Positions 39,209 through 49,113 of a stretch of 64,000 nucleotides of DNA are shown one piece after another (position 1 is the first letter of the stretch; each line of letters opens with the position of its first letter). Source of the DNA: Chitinophagaceae bacterium. Its GTDB lineage: Bacteria; Bacteroidota; Bacteroidia; Chitinophagales; Chitinophagaceae. The stretch spans positions 2,149 through 66,148 of the forward strand of contig CANJQU010000002.1 of assembly GCA_947476485.1 (NCBI GenBank). Reading direction: 5' to 3'. The translations under genes and the position numbers were made by a program. The notes under the pieces are model-generated. The model was not told the DNA's origin, ran no database searches, and was given only the letters and a program-made list of their open reading frames with translations.

Positions 39209-40345
39209 CTAGTCCGTTACCCACTCCAGATAATTGTCCTGATCCAATACCGTGAAATCAGCATCGGGATATGCTTTTGCAAAGGCCATGGGCGTTTTGG
39301 TTTTCCCTTTCTGCCACTTGCACTCTATAGCCTGCAACTGCTGCCGGCTATTTACTTCCAGCAGGTCTATCTCCTGCCCATCGTAGGTGCGCCAGAAAAA
39401 GTATTGCGGGTGGTAGCCTTTATAACTATTGTACTTCAGCCTTTCGCTCATCACATACTGCTCCCATAGCTGGCCTATGTCGTTGCGTGCATGCAATGGG
39501 CTGAAATTATTGATCAGCGCATTGCGTATGCCGTTATCATGGAAGTACCATTTTTTACTTTTTGTTACTTCCTTGCGCAGGTTGCCGCTATAACCCGATA
39601 GCGGATAAATGATAAATACCTTAGTGAGCAGATCCAGGTAGCGTTCCACCGTCTTTTTATTCATTTGCAGACTATTGCCCAGCTCCACAGTGCTTACCTG
39701 GCTGCCTACCTGCCATGCAAGCATTTGCAGTAACTTATACAGCACTTCAGCGCCTTTTACGTTTTCTATGATCAGCAGGTCTTTAAGCAGATAGCTGTTC
39801 ACCAATTGTTTTAAATAGTCTCTTTGCTCATCTGCATTTTCCAGGTGCCATAACTCAGGGTAGCTACCATATATCAGTCGCTGCTCCAGGTTACCTTTAG
39901 TGGAAATGAAGTCCTCCGTTTTTGCCAGTTCGCACTGTGCGACCGGGTATAGCTGATAAACGATATTGCGACCAACTAACGGCTCACCGGTCTTATATAC
40001 CAGGTCAAAACTACTGCTTCCGGTAACTATGATAGTGATCCCTTTCACATTATCTATCATCAGTTTCAGAATTTTACCAATCTCGGGAATAGCCTGCGCC
40101 TCATCAATGATAATTATTTTCTTCCCGGTCGTCAGCTTACGATAATTAGCGATCGTTCTCTTCTGCAATAGCTCTGCCACCTGCATGTCTTCACCTTGCA
40201 GCATCAATACATCATTACCATGCTGTGCAGCTATGTTTTCTATAATAGTTGTCTTGCCTATCCGGCGCGTGCCGTATAGCATGATCACTTTTTGCTTACC
40301 TATTTGCTTCTCAATCTGATGCTGAAGCAGCCGATGAATATCCAT
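39209..40345 (-). CDS. AAA-type ATPase with a DUF4143-like C-terminal region
   Basis: Walker A GTRRIGKTT and Walker B IIIIDEAQ. The C-terminal region has WRTYDGQEIDLLE, typical of this family. Confidence 0.85.
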   Translation of the reverse strand: MDIHRLLQHQIEKQIGKQKVIMLYGTRRIGKTTIIENIAAQHGNDVLMLQGEDMQVAELLQKRTIANYRKLTTGKKIIIIDEAQAIPEIGKILKLMIDNVKGITIIVTGSSSFDLVYKTGEPLVGRNIVYQLYPVAQCELAKTEDFISTKGNLEQRLIYGSYPELWHLENADEQRDYLKQLVNSYLLKDLLIIENVKGAEVLYKLLQMLAWQVGSQVSTVELGNSLQMNKKTVERYLDLLTKVFIIYPLSGYSGNLRKEVTKSKKWYFHDNGIRNALINNFSPLHARNDIGQLWEQYVMSERLKYNSYKGYHPQYFFWRTYDGQEIDLLEVNSRQQLQAIECKWQKGKTKTPMAFAKAYPDADFTVLDQDNYLEWVTD

Positions 40346-40351
40346 AAAGTG

Positions 40352-40494
40352 TTAATTAGGGCAGCCTAGTGCCGCAATTTATATTAATTAGGGCAGTCTG
40401 GTATCCTAATTTACAAAAATAGGAATAAAATGATAATTAAGGTAGATGACTGCCCTAATTTGTATTAATTAGGGCAGTCGAGTGCCCTAATTAA
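40352..40494. repeat. Array of four ~30-bp palindromes (TTAATTAGGGCAG-N4-GTGCCCTAATTAA type)
   Basis: The copy at 40465-40494 is perfect (ATTAGGGCA GTCGAG TGCCCTAAT). Degenerate copies start near 40352, 40384 and 40436. The array lies between the nuoN stop and the ATPase start. Confidence 0.85.
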
Positions 40495-40529
40495 CAAAAA
40501 CGAAGGTTTGCGTGGATATTTTTAAAAAG

Positions 40530-41918
40530 CTAAGCAATAATCCTGTTCAGGAGCAATTGCGGCAAAATACCTATGAGTAAAACCAGGATGCAGGTGATAA
40601 CGAGCATCACTTTGTCGCCCATAGTTACTGGTGAGGTGAACTCGGGCGTGCCTGTTTTAAAATACATGGCAATAATAACGCGGAAGTAGTAATACACACT
40701 AATGGCAGCCATCAGCAAACCAAAGATTACCAGCCACAGTAAATGGCCCTGTTGCACCACAGCAAGCAACACATAGTACTTAGCCATAAACCCACCGGTA
40801 AGAGGAATGCCCGCCAGCGAGAAGAGGAAAATAGACGCGGTAAAAGCAAGTAAGGGCTCCTTCTTAGCCAGGCCATTAAAGCCGTCATAGGTATAATCCT
40901 TCAGCTTTACCAGCACAGAGAATATGCCTATTGTAGCCACGGAATACGCAACTGCATAAATAATAATACCCTGCCAGGCAAACTTGTTAATAGCAAGAAC
41001 TGCAAAAAGCATAAAACCTGCCTGTGCAATGGACGAATAAGCAAGCATGCGCTTTACGCTCTGCTGGAAAACAGCGGTGACATTACCTACCAGCAATGTA
41101 GCGGCTGTGATAATGGCAAGTATTAAAGTCCAATGGTCGCTAAGGCTATTAAAAGACACCTGGAACAAACGGATAAAGGCAAAAAACGCAGATGCCTTAA
41201 CTATTGTGGCCATGTAAGCAGTGAACGGTGTTGGCGCTCCGTCATACACATCCGGTGTCCACATGTGCATAGGCGCTGCAGAAACCTTGAAGCTCATGGC
41301 AATCATAATGAACATGATACCCGCAAGTGCGAGCGGGTTAAGTGCATCGCTATGCAAAACACTAACCATATCCATTATGTTGAATGTACGGGCTGCACCA
41401 TAAAGCAATGCAATGCCCATCAGCAGTATACCGGTAGAGAATGCACCCATCAGGAAGTACTTGAGTGATGCCTCACTACTCTTAAGATTGCGCTTGTCGC
41501 TGCCAGCAAGTATGTATTGAGGTATGGATAGTATCTCGATGCCGATGAACAGCATGAGCAGATTATTGTATGTAGAAAGAATGTAGAGCCCGCAAAGGAT
41601 AAAGAAGATAAGTGCAAAATATTCGGCAACGTGCGAACCCACTTTTTGTATCTCCTTGCCCATCAATAACACATAGAGGACCGAACAACCCGTCATCAGC
41701 GTGTTGAACCAAAGTGAGTAGTGCTCCACACGCAACATATTGCTGAACAGCAATTGCGGTGCATTGGAAGATATAGTTGCAAGGTCCCAGATGTTCACGC
41801 CAAGCAAAGCAATAAAGAGCAGGGTGGCAATTGTAACCACGCTTTTCTTATTGTTCACCATAAGACCGGCAAACATCATGACAATACCAAAAACAGTTGT
41901 AGCAATAATTGCCTTCAT
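40530..41918 (-). CDS. nuoN: NADH-quinone oxidoreductase subunit N
   Basis: Polytopic antiporter-like subunit, last gene of the nuo cluster. ATG at 41918; the track TTG at 41927 reads into the repeat element. Confidence 0.92.
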   Translation of the reverse strand: MKAIIATTVFGIVMMFAGLMVNNKKSVVTIATLLFIALLGVNIWDLATISSNAPQLLFSNMLRVEHYSLWFNTLMTGCSVLYVLLMGKEIQKVGSHVAEYFALIFFILCGLYILSTYNNLLMLFIGIEILSIPQYILAGSDKRNLKSSEASLKYFLMGAFSTGILLMGIALLYGAARTFNIMDMVSVLHSDALNPLALAGIMFIMIAMSFKVSAAPMHMWTPDVYDGAPTPFTAYMATIVKASAFFAFIRLFQVSFNSLSDHWTLILAIITAATLLVGNVTAVFQQSVKRMLAYSSIAQAGFMLFAVLAINKFAWQGIIIYAVAYSVATIGIFSVLVKLKDYTYDGFNGLAKKEPLLAFTASIFLFSLAGIPLTGGFMAKYYVLLAVVQQGHLLWLVIFGLLMAAISVYYYFRVIIAMYFKTGTPEFTSPVTMGDKVMLVITCILVLLIGILPQLLLNRIIA

Positions 41919-41920
41919 AT

Positions 41921-42115
41921 ACCCCAAACCCCTAAAGGGGCTTCCCCATGTTTTTTATTAATAAAAAATAAACCCCAAACCCCTAAAGGGGCTTTCTCTT
42001 ATTTAAATTATTTCTTCACTACATTTCAACTAACCACTTCCCAATTATTAACCAACTGTCCATGACCTTGATCAAAGCACTCCCCTTTCTGTCCCGATGG
42101 CTATCGGGAGGGGGG
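41921..42115 (-). repeat. nuoM-nuoN intercistronic element: a stop-proximal C-rich hairpin plus two copies of the start-proximal arm
   Basis: ACCCCAAACCCCTAAAGGGGCTT at 41921-41948 and 41972-41994. CTCCCGAT..ATCGGGAG hairpin within 42080-42115, directly after the nuoM stop. Confidence 0.8.
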
Positions 42116-43564
42116 TTAATGACCCGGCACGATCATACCCGCAATATTATAGGTCAGATCCAAAAGTGGTTTTGGATATACACCAAGGAATATGATCAGT
42201 ATGATAACGATAGCCAGTCCCACATACTCATTCATACTCAGATCTTTGGCGATCACCATTTTCACAGTTGAGCCATAAGCAGTTTTCTGTATCATGTTCA
42301 GGGTATACACCGCACCAAGGATGATGCCCAGGCCAGCAACAACCATTACTACAATATGGTTTGACTCGGTACCCGAGAACAGCCCATTGAACAACATGAA
42401 CTCACCAACAAAACCATTGGTAAGCGGCAGTGCAACGCTGGCCAGAGAAATGATAACAAATGCAATTGCCATATTAGGTGCAGAAGTTGCCATGCCGCCA
42501 AGCTTTGTCATATCGCGGGTACCCCAGCGATTCTCCACCATGCTTACAATAAGCCACATTCCGGTGATGTTGATGCCGTGGTTGAACATCTGCACCATTA
42601 TACCGTGCATACCGATATTGCTATGAGAGAACGCTACGGCAGCCATCAGTCCCATATGCGCAATAGACGAATAAGCCACAAGTCGCTTCATGTCTGTTTG
42701 CACAATGGCGATGCATGACGCGTAGATGATGCCGATCACAGAAAGCACCACCACAGTATCTGACCAATAAGCTACACCGGCAGGCAATACGGGTAATAAC
42801 CAGCGGAGTACTGCGTAGAGTCCCATCTTCACCATAAGCGCGCTCAGAATAATGGTAACCGGGGTAGGAGACTGCTCGTATGTATCGGGCTGCCACGTAT
42901 GAAATGGAAAGATCGGCATCTTGATAGCGAAGGCTATGAAAATGAGCCAGAAAAGCCATTGCTGTGTAGCAGGAGGCAATGCAGCCCCGGCACGTGTAAT
43001 ATCTGCCCATGAATAACTGCTCAGGCCCTGGGTCTGCATAGACAGGAAAATTAGCCCTGCCAACATCATAAGGCTACCTACAAATGTGTAAATGAAAAAC
43101 TTGAAAGTGACGGCGATGCGCTTTTCGCCACCCCAACGTGAACATAGGAAGTAAACCGGTATGAGCGCAAGTTCCCAGAACACGTAAAAAACCAGGGCAT
43201 CAGAAGCAAGAAAAACACCCATCAGCCCCGCCTGCGAAAGCAAAAGGAAACCATAAAATGCCCCGGGGCTTTCTACTTCTTTATTTACATTGGATATCAT
43301 TACCACCATCACTACGATGCCGGTAAGCAGGCAGAGCATGCTACTCATACCGTCTGCAGCCAGGCTGAATTGGGTGCCAAGTATGGAGATCCAGTCATGG
43401 TTGTAGGTAATAGGCGCAGAATAGTTGGCCCCGCTGATATAAGCTGAAACTCCCAGCGTGAGAATAGAACTTAATAACGCAAGCGCCTTTGCCCCTTCGC
43501 CTTTTACAGCAAAGGACATAATGCCTGTGATCAACGGAATGAGTATAAGAAATAATAAAACCAT
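42116..43564 (-). CDS. nuoM: NADH-quinone oxidoreductase subunit M
   Basis: 482 aa, NuoM/ND4-like (FHTWQPDTYEQSPTPVTIILSALMVKMG). Confidence 0.95.
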   Translation of the reverse strand: MVLLFLILIPLITGIMSFAVKGEGAKALALLSSILTLGVSAYISGANYSAPITYNHDWISILGTQFSLAADGMSSMLCLLTGIVVMVVMISNVNKEVESPGAFYGFLLLSQAGLMGVFLASDALVFYVFWELALIPVYFLCSRWGGEKRIAVTFKFFIYTFVGSLMMLAGLIFLSMQTQGLSSYSWADITRAGAALPPATQQWLFWLIFIAFAIKMPIFPFHTWQPDTYEQSPTPVTIILSALMVKMGLYAVLRWLLPVLPAGVAYWSDTVVVLSVIGIIYASCIAIVQTDMKRLVAYSSIAHMGLMAAVAFSHSNIGMHGIMVQMFNHGINITGMWLIVSMVENRWGTRDMTKLGGMATSAPNMAIAFVIISLASVALPLTNGFVGEFMLFNGLFSGTESNHIVVMVVAGLGIILGAVYTLNMIQKTAYGSTVKMVIAKDLSMNEYVGLAIVIILIIFLGVYPKPLLDLTYNIAGMIVPGH

Positions 43565-43580
43565 GTTCCTAATTTAAAAA

Positions 43581-43683
43581 CCCCAAACCCCTGAAGGGGC
43601 TTCCCCATTTTTATAAATACAATTTCAATTATCAACTAACCGTTCAATTTCCTTGACCCTGCACCCCCTTTAGGGGCAGGGGG
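43581..43683 (-). repeat. nuoL-nuoM intercistronic element (both arms)
   Basis: Start-proximal arm CCCCAAACCCCTGAAGGGGCTTCCCCA at 43581-43607. Stop-proximal arm CCCTGCACCCCCTTTAGGGGCAGGGGG at 43657-43683. Confidence 0.8.
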
Positions 43684-43684
43684 T

Positions 43685-45589
43685 TTATTTTATCCAAAAA
43701 AAGCTTAGTGTAAACAACATCACAATGCCAAGCACCATAATAAAAATGTAAAAACCAACCTGGCCACTCTGCAGCAATCGCAGGCGATCACCACCCCATT
43801 TCACGGTTTTTCCAACGCCGTTAACAATTCCGTCAATACCCTTCTTCTCAGCAAATTTGTCCAGTACATTCGACATTGCTTCCATCGGCCTTACTATAGT
43901 AGCGTCATAGATTTCGTCTACATACCATTTGTTAGCAAGTACCTTCCTAAAGCCAGTGTAGTTGCCATCAAACTGTTTAACAGCGAAGGCTTTGCGGGTA
44001 CCGATAAATATAATGAGCAGTCCAACGACTGTAGCGCCGAAGAGGGTCATCTCCTTCATTGCCGTCGATGCGTCCTCGTGAACAAACGCGGGTATTTTCG
44101 CACCGGCCAAAAATTCATTCAGGAAATCGTGTCCTCCAAACAAATGTGGCAATTGTACAAATCCACCTACCAGCGAGAAAATAGCCAGAACAATAAGCGG
44201 GAACGTAATAGCAGCAGGAGATTCGTGCAAATGATGTTCCTGGTCTTCAGTGCCCCTGAAGCCACCCATAAACACCAACATCAGTAAACGGAACATATAT
44301 ACTGCAGTCAGTATTGCGGCAAAAGCGGCCAGGTAGAAGTAAAGTTTGTTATGCTCATACACCGCCATTAGTATCTCGTCTTTAGATACAAAGCCGGAAG
44401 TGAATGGGAAACCTGAAATTGCCAATACACCGATCAAAAAGGTAAAATAAGTTATTGGAAGTTTTTTCCTCAGACCGCCCATGCGGGTAATATCCTGCTC
44501 ACCACCCATAGCATGTATCACAGAGCCGGCGCCGAGGAATAACAGCGCCTTAAAAAATGCATGGGTCATAACGTGGAAAACGCCGGTGGTATAAGCGCCA
44601 ACGCCCAAAGCCAAAAACATAAAACCAAGCTGGCTTACCGTGGAATATGCAAGTACCTTCTTAATGTCGTTCTGATACAATGCCATTGTTGCTGCAAGTA
44701 ATGCCGTGATCAAACCGACAGTAGCAACGAGGTTAAGCGCCATTGGAGCCAGATCGTATAGTGCATTGCTACGAACGATCATGTAAATGCCAGCAGTAAC
44801 CATGGTTGCTGCATGTATCAGCGCCGATACCGGAGTTGGACCTGCCATCGCATCAGGCAGCCAGGTATACAGCGGCACCTGGGCGCTCTTACCCATAGCG
44901 CCGATAAACAGGCAAATAGCTATCCAGTTATATGTACTGGTTGGCACTACCGACTGGGGGCTATGCAGTTTATCGAAAAATTCGTGATAAGAGAGGGTGT
45001 GGAAATTAAACAGTATTAGCAGCAGACCAACCAGGAAACCGAGGTCACCAATACGGTTCATGATAAATGCCTTCTTGCCTGCATTCGTATAATCCCTGTT
45101 CTTAAACCAGAAACCAATGAGCAGGTATGAGCAAAGACCAACACCTTCCCAACCAATGAACATGATCACATAATTAGCGCCAAGCACCAGCAGTAACATG
45201 AAGAACACGAACAGGTTCAGGTAAGCAAAGTACTTTACCATGCCCTCATCGTGGTGCATATAAGAGGTAGAGTAAACGTGTATCAGGAAACCAATGCCGG
45301 TAATAATGAGCAGGAATAGAGAAGAAAGCGCATCTACCTGGAAAGCAAATGGTATGTAGAAGTCCCCCGACCTGATAAAATCAAACAGAATTTTAGGCTC
45401 ATCATGATATGCCGGGCTTTTTACCTCAAGAAATATTCCTAATGAAATAACAAAGGAAATAAGTATTGCAACGCAGCCAATGATACCACCCAGGTTTTTA
45501 GGCATTCTTTTCCAAAACAAACCGTTGATCAAAAAACCGATCAGCGGAAACAATGGCACTAAGTAGACGAGTTGAGAAAGATTCCCCAT
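43685..45589 (-). CDS. nuoL: NADH-quinone oxidoreductase subunit L
   Basis: 634 aa, NuoL/ND5-like (LYTWLPDAMAGPTPVSALIHAATMVTAG). Confidence 0.95.
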   Translation of the reverse strand: MGNLSQLVYLVPLFPLIGFLINGLFWKRMPKNLGGIIGCVAILISFVISLGIFLEVKSPAYHDEPKILFDFIRSGDFYIPFAFQVDALSSLFLLIITGIGFLIHVYSTSYMHHDEGMVKYFAYLNLFVFFMLLLVLGANYVIMFIGWEGVGLCSYLLIGFWFKNRDYTNAGKKAFIMNRIGDLGFLVGLLLILFNFHTLSYHEFFDKLHSPQSVVPTSTYNWIAICLFIGAMGKSAQVPLYTWLPDAMAGPTPVSALIHAATMVTAGIYMIVRSNALYDLAPMALNLVATVGLITALLAATMALYQNDIKKVLAYSTVSQLGFMFLALGVGAYTTGVFHVMTHAFFKALLFLGAGSVIHAMGGEQDITRMGGLRKKLPITYFTFLIGVLAISGFPFTSGFVSKDEILMAVYEHNKLYFYLAAFAAILTAVYMFRLLMLVFMGGFRGTEDQEHHLHESPAAITFPLIVLAIFSLVGGFVQLPHLFGGHDFLNEFLAGAKIPAFVHEDASTAMKEMTLFGATVVGLLIIFIGTRKAFAVKQFDGNYTGFRKVLANKWYVDEIYDATIVRPMEAMSNVLDKFAEKKGIDGIVNGVGKTVKWGGDRLRLLQSGQVGFYIFIMVLGIVMLFTLSFFWIK

Positions 45590-45607
45590 TTTAAAATTAA
45601 AATTATT

Positions 45608-45913
45608 TTAGTGTTTCAGTCTGTTCAAAATATTAATATCCACTGAATGTACTTTACGATACATCATAACAATGATCGCCAGCCCCACCGCTACTTCAGC
45701 CGCCGCTACTACCATTATAAAAAATACAAACAACTGGGCATCCGCATCGCCATATATTTTTGAAAATGCTACCAATAATAAATTCACGGCATTGAGCATA
45801 AGCTCTATACACATGAAGATAATGATGGCATTACGGCGCATAAGCGCACCCATTATTCCGATGGAAAATAACAGGAGGCTTAAGAACAAATAATGTGTTG
45901 AATTTACCGGCAT
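45608..45913 (-). CDS. nuoK: NADH-quinone oxidoreductase subunit K
   Basis: 101 aa with 3 TM segments and the conserved Glu in [11 protein letters not shown]. Confidence 0.93.
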   Translation of the reverse strand: MPVNSTHYLFLSLLLFSIGIMGALMRRNAIIIFMCIELMLNAVNLLLVAFSKIYGDADAQLFVFFIMVVAAAEVAVGLAIIVMMYRKVHSVDINILNRLKH

Positions 45914-45939
45914 CTGATCAGTTATAGTAGTGATTAGTA

Positions 45940-46485
45940 TTATAAAAATTGTTTCATTTCCGATTCGTCTTCTTTAGAGACGGATTTCGTCTCTTCTTTC
46001 TTACCTATCACTACCGCACCGATCATTGCACTAAGAAAGAGAACACTGCTAATTTCAAAAGGCAGCACATACCTTGTAAACAATACCTTACCGAGATCGG
46101 CTATCAGGCCAATATCTGTAGAGGTCTTATCTATCGATTCTGTCTTCGCAGTTTTTATGGAAGCAAGTATCACAAGGAACAAAACACCACCCGAGATCAC
46201 GCCGGCCAGCTGCACCAACTGTCCTTTTTGCGGTTCCACATCTGCGTTCAGGTTCATTAACATGATAACGAAGAGAAACAATACCATTATTGCACCTGCG
46301 TATACGATAATATTCACAATAGCCAGGAACTGTGCATTCATTAATATATAATGACCCGATATTGCGAAAAAAGTGCCGATCAGGAACATCACACTGTTCA
46401 CCGGGTTACGGCTGAGGATAACCCCAAGCGCACAACCAACAGCGAACGCAGACAAAATCCAAAATAATATATCGTAGATGTCCAT
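45940..46485 (-). CDS. nuoJ: NADH-quinone oxidoreductase subunit J
   Basis: 181 aa, NuoJ-like ([10 protein letters not shown]...[17 protein letters not shown]). Confidence 0.92.
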   Translation of the reverse strand: MDIYDILFWILSAFAVGCALGVILSRNPVNSVMFLIGTFFAISGHYILMNAQFLAIVNIIVYAGAIMVLFLFVIMLMNLNADVEPQKGQLVQLAGVISGGVLFLVILASIKTAKTESIDKTSTDIGLIADLGKVLFTRYVLPFEISSVLFLSAMIGAVVIGKKEETKSVSKEDESEMKQFL

Positions 46486-46487
46486 AC

Positions 46488-46997
46488 TTATTTGCTATCC
46501 TGTTTTTTAGGGTTAGGAATGAGCAGGTCTTCTTTTTTATAAATGAAACTTGCGCGCGTATAATTTGCAGGCATTATCGTCTCAGTAAGGTAAATAGCGT
46601 CTTTAGGGCAGGCTTCCTCGCAGTAACCGCAGAATATGCAACGAAGCATATTTATCTCGTATTTAGCTGCGTACTTCTCTTCACGGTAAAGCATCTCTTC
46701 GCCGGCTTTACGCTCGGCGGCCTCCATAGTGATGGCCTCTGCGGGACAAGCGAGTGCACAAAGGCCACAGGCCGTGCAACGCTCAGCGCCATTCTCATCA
46801 CGGTTCAATATGTGCAGGCCACGAAATACCGGGCTGAACGGACGTTTCTCTTCCGGATAGCTGGTAGTAGCTTTCTTTTTAAATATATGCCCCAGCGTAA
46901 TGCCCAGGCCCTTTGCCAGTGAGGGCAGGTAAACACGCTCCCCGAAGGTCATCGGGCTACGGTCTATCTGTACTGCTCTGTTAGTTAGTTTTTGCAT
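46488..46997 (-). CDS. nuoI: NADH-quinone oxidoreductase subunit I
   Basis: Two 4Fe-4S motifs (CTACGLCALACP, CIFCGYCEEACP). Its start overlaps the end of the upstream HEPN gene by 17 nt. Confidence 0.93.
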   Translation of the reverse strand: MQKLTNRAVQIDRSPMTFGERVYLPSLAKGLGITLGHIFKKKATTSYPEEKRPFSPVFRGLHILNRDENGAERCTACGLCALACPAEAITMEAAERKAGEEMLYREEKYAAKYEINMLRCIFCGYCEEACPKDAIYLTETIMPANYTRASFIYKKEDLLIPNPKKQDSK

Positions 46998-47358
46998 TAT
47001 TTTCTTTTTCCAAGATCACAATAATTCGTTCAATTTTAGGCTTCAATGCTGGTATTTCCTGTTCAATGACTTCCCAAACCTTTCTCCAATCAACTCCCCG
47101 ATAAACGTGCGCGTAATAATTTCTTGCTGCTTTGATTAACTGCCACTGTATTTCTGTAAATCTATCCTTTAATTTATCATCGACTTGCGCAGAGTATTCT
47201 CCTAAAACCAACAGCTTCATCATCGAAGCATTTTTTACTAAATCATTTCTAAGAAACAACTCTTCGTCAAATCCTTTTGTAAAAGCAATAATAGCATCAA
47301 GCTGTTCAATCAAATAAGTTAATATCTCTATTTCCCTAATCAAATCCATATCAGACAT
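46981..47358 (-). CDS. HEPN/DUF86 family protein (HepT-like toxin), copy 1
   Basis: The RNYYAH motif (Rx4H) lies in ...IKAARNYYAHVYRGVDW. The start at 47358 overlaps the NTase stop by 8 nt (ATGTCTGA). Confidence 0.78.
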   Translation of the reverse strand: MSDMDLIREIEILTYLIEQLDAIIAFTKGFDEELFLRNDLVKNASMMKLLVLGEYSAQVDDKLKDRFTEIQWQLIKAARNYYAHVYRGVDWRKVWEVIEQEIPALKPKIERIIVILEKENNAKTN

Positions 47359-47644
47359 GGTAAATTTCCATTTTGTCTTTTTCAAAATTTCTTTTTACCC
47401 AGCTATGCATCAACTTGATTTCGATCAAATCAATTTTTTTGTCAAGAGCGTTTTCGAGACCTAAAGCCATTCCTGCATACTGCCACAGACTCATTCTTGT
47501 TTCTTCCATTTCAATGCCCAAATCTACATCGCTGTCTTCATTTGCATCTCCCCTTGCATACGATCCAAATAAATATACACTCTTCACCGGCTTATCTTTA
47601 AAATAGTCGGTAACTGTATCTTTTATCTGTTGCACACTAAGCAT
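47351..47644 (-). CDS. Minimal nucleotidyltransferase (MntA-like antitoxin), copy 1
   Basis: 97 aa. The LFGSYARGDANEDSDVDL motif (GSx10DxD) is present. Confidence 0.85.
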   Translation of the reverse strand: MLSVQQIKDTVTDYFKDKPVKSVYLFGSYARGDANEDSDVDLGIEMEETRMSLWQYAGMALGLENALDKKIDLIEIKLMHSWVKRNFEKDKMEIYHV

Positions 47645-47649
47645 TACTC

Positions 47650-48729
47650 CTACTTTTTAAATACCCACAATATCAGCACCCCGGTTATCAACATATTTAC
47701 CAAAGCCAAAGGTATCAGTGAGCGCCATCCCAGTTTCATTAGCTGATCATAGCGGAAGCGAGGAAGCGTCCACCTGACAAACATGAAAAACAGGATCATA
47801 CATACCACCTTGGTCAAAAGAACCATGACACAAATAAGAACAAACAAAATAGGGTACGCTGCGGTTGCTTGCTGCACACTGTCCATGAACGGGAAGTTAT
47901 AACCGCCAAAGAACAGGGTGACAATGATAGCGGAGCTGACAAACATGTTGATGTACTCTGCAAACAGGTAGAAACCTAGCTTCATAGAAGAATACTCCTG
48001 GTGATAACCCATGTTCAACTCACTCTCGCACTCCGGAAGATCGAAAGGTGCACGGTTAAGCTCTGCGAAAGCGCAGGTAAGGAAAATAACAAACCCAACA
48101 GGCTGCTTAAAAAAGTTCCATGAAAAATAACCATCGTTCCAGAAACCATGCTGCTGTGCAACGATCTCCCTAAGGCTAAGGGTACCGGTAAGCATTAAAA
48201 GTGCGATAAGGCTAATACCCATTGCCAGTTCATAAGAGATCGCTTGCGATGCCGCTCGAATACTACTTAGTAACGAGAATTTATTGTTTGACGCCCAGCC
48301 GCCCAGCATTACTCCGTACACACCAAGGCTCACAACGCCAAAAACAAATAAGATACCAATGCTAATATCAGCTACCTGGAAAGATATGACACGGCCACTA
48401 TCGGTAACGAGGTCAGGTCCCCAGGGTACAATGGCACTGGTCATCAACGCGGTGAGCATTGCGAGGCAAGGACCGAGAATGAAAATAAACCTTGTGGAAC
48501 GGTCTGGAATGATCTCCTCTTTGAAAAACAGTTTCAAACCGTCAGCAAGGGGTTGTAACAAACCAAACGGACCGGCACGGTTCGGACCGATACGGTCCTG
48601 CATTACCGCAGCTACCTTACGCTCACCCCAGGTGGCATACATAGCTATGCCTAACGACCCCATCAGTATTACCGAAATGAGGATGACTTTTTCTATAATA
48701 AGCGCTGTATCAATTTGAAGTAACAGCAT
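47650..48729 (-). CDS. nuoH: NADH-quinone oxidoreductase subunit H
   Basis: 359 aa, NuoH/ND1-like (GERKVAAVMQDRIGPNRAGPFGLLQPLADG). Confidence 0.95.
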   Translation of the reverse strand: MLLLQIDTALIIEKVILISVILMGSLGIAMYATWGERKVAAVMQDRIGPNRAGPFGLLQPLADGLKLFFKEEIIPDRSTRFIFILGPCLAMLTALMTSAIVPWGPDLVTDSGRVISFQVADISIGILFVFGVVSLGVYGVMLGGWASNNKFSLLSSIRAASQAISYELAMGISLIALLMLTGTLSLREIVAQQHGFWNDGYFSWNFFKQPVGFVIFLTCAFAELNRAPFDLPECESELNMGYHQEYSSMKLGFYLFAEYINMFVSSAIIVTLFFGGYNFPFMDSVQQATAAYPILFVLICVMVLLTKVVCMILFFMFVRWTLPRFRYDQLMKLGWRSLIPLALVNMLITGVLILWVFKK

Positions 48730-48747
48730 AGTGGCGCAAAAGTAGTT

Positions 48748-49113
48748 TTAGTTAGTTAAAAATTTATCGTCTGAATCAAGTTTTATTGTGCTTATCTCTT
48801 TTTTCAATTGTGACAGAAAGATCGTCGCAGCGTCCCAAATTATACCGAAGTCGATCCGGAAATATTCGTGTACCACAATGTTCCTCAAACCTATTATTTT
48901 ATGCCATTCTACGCCCGGATAGTTATTCCTCGTCTCATTTGTAATATTATTCGCCGCCTCTCCAATAATCTCTAACCATTTTACAACCGCGATCCGAAGG
49001 ACATGATTATCACAAAATGCCTCGTAATTGACCCCCATAATCGCCGTTTCAATTTCATTTATGTATTCAATAACATGGGCAATTCGTGCATCATCGCCGA
49101 TCTTATCTCTCAT
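48748..49113 (-). CDS. HEPN/DUF86 family protein (HepT-like toxin), copy 2
   Basis: GLRNIVVHEY is the RNx3H HEPN motif. The start at 49113 overlaps the NTase stop by 11 nt. Confidence 0.8.
   Translation of the reverse strand: MRDKIGDDARIAHVIEYINEIETAIMGVNYEAFCDNHVLRIAVVKWLEIIGEAANNITNETRNNYPGVEWHKIIGLRNIVVHEYFRIDFGIIWDAATIFLSQLKKEISTIKLDSDDKFLTN

Noticed and set aside
40352-40494. CRISPR-like array.
   Set aside because: The units are themselves full palindromes with variable degenerate arms. Spacing is irregular (32 and about 50 bp), there are no unique spacers of CRISPR length, and no cas genes are present.
41921-41994. G-quadruplex formation by the G4T3G4 tracts of the nuo element.
   Set aside because: Single arms carry only three G4 runs on the RNA strand, and the central runs compete with CCCC for duplex formation. 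A quadruplex cannot be supported from sequence alone, so it is mentioned only as a possibility under the motif finding.
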